Source of the DNA: Phycisphaerae bacterium
GTDB taxonomy: Bacteria; Planctomycetota; Phycisphaerae; UBA1845; Fen-1342
Direction: 5' to 3'
DNA length: 64,000 nucleotides
Assembly: GCA_050115495.1 (NCBI GenBank)
Contig: JASFQK010000022.1
Location: forward strand, 35,860-99,859
Shown: one piece after another, positions 63,886 to 64,000 of the stretch
Numbering within the stretch: the stretch's first letter is position 1
Layout of the letters: every line of letters begins with the position of its first letter
Notes under the pieces: model-generated
Databases searched by the model: none
What the model was told of the DNA's origin: nothing
What the model saw: only the letters and a program-made list of their open reading frames with translations
Made by a program: the position numbers and the translations under genes

Positions 63886-64000
63886 CCGAATTTCGTTGAT
63901 GGCGGGATGAAAAAAGGCGGCGTACTCTCGGGATCAAGATTGGTTCCGAGCCGCCCACGCTGGGCAGAGGAGTACGCCGATGCACGAGAGTAACGACGCG
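63878..64000 (+). mobile_element. Probable left end of an insertion sequence (family not determined)
   Basis: Composition shift at the truncation; CGGCGTACTC (63918-27) pairs with GAGTACGCCG (63970-79), covering part of the SD of an ORF that starts at ATG 63980 and runs off the window. Confidence 0.45.

Noticed and set aside
1..64000. Many long alternative-frame and antisense ORFs in the ORF track (e.g. 1146-2954 -, 5676-7349 -, 24026-25855 +, 34740-36338 -)
   Set aside because: They are shadows of real genes in high-GC DNA, are Arg/Ala/Pro-rich and carry no motifs.

Overview
High-GC bacterial DNA, most consistent with an anaerobic planctomycete (Phycisphaerae-like), judged from dockerin/EF-hand-like C-terminal tags, a PEP-CTERM protein, class III RNR and an [FeFe]-hydrogenase. 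In order: (1) a sugar-acid and glycan use region with a LarA-superfamily epimerase 3' end, PPi-type PFK, gnd, uronate isomerase, exported mutarotase, two GH51-like hydrolases and TRAP dctPQM; (2) three tandem exported papain-like (C1) paralogs, all with NSEG instead of NSWG; (3) nrdD-nrdG-dcd behind a promoter with two candidate NrdR boxes and a cobalamin riboswitch; (4) a divergent cluster of two signal-peptide metacaspases, a PPC-TPR-CHAT protease and a WD40 remnant; (5) a GIDE-LemA fusion; (6) a response-regulator-led trimeric [FeFe]-hydrogenase with non-bifurcating signatures, followed by two epimerases; (7) a five-gene Fe-S / radical SAM / DUF116-prenyl synthase / prenyltransferase-repeat / squalene-hopene-cyclase-like terpenoid operon; (8) an RbfA-like + RtcB pair preceded by an unannotated 19-codon leader ORF with attenuator-like pairings; (9) a signalling island with three histidine kinases, several receivers, kaiB, a kaiC scar and a truncated GGDEF gene next to a probable IS end. 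The best candidates for undescribed systems are (8), (7) and (4). No rRNA, tRNA or CRISPR array was seen. All calls come from motif reading by eye; no searches were run.
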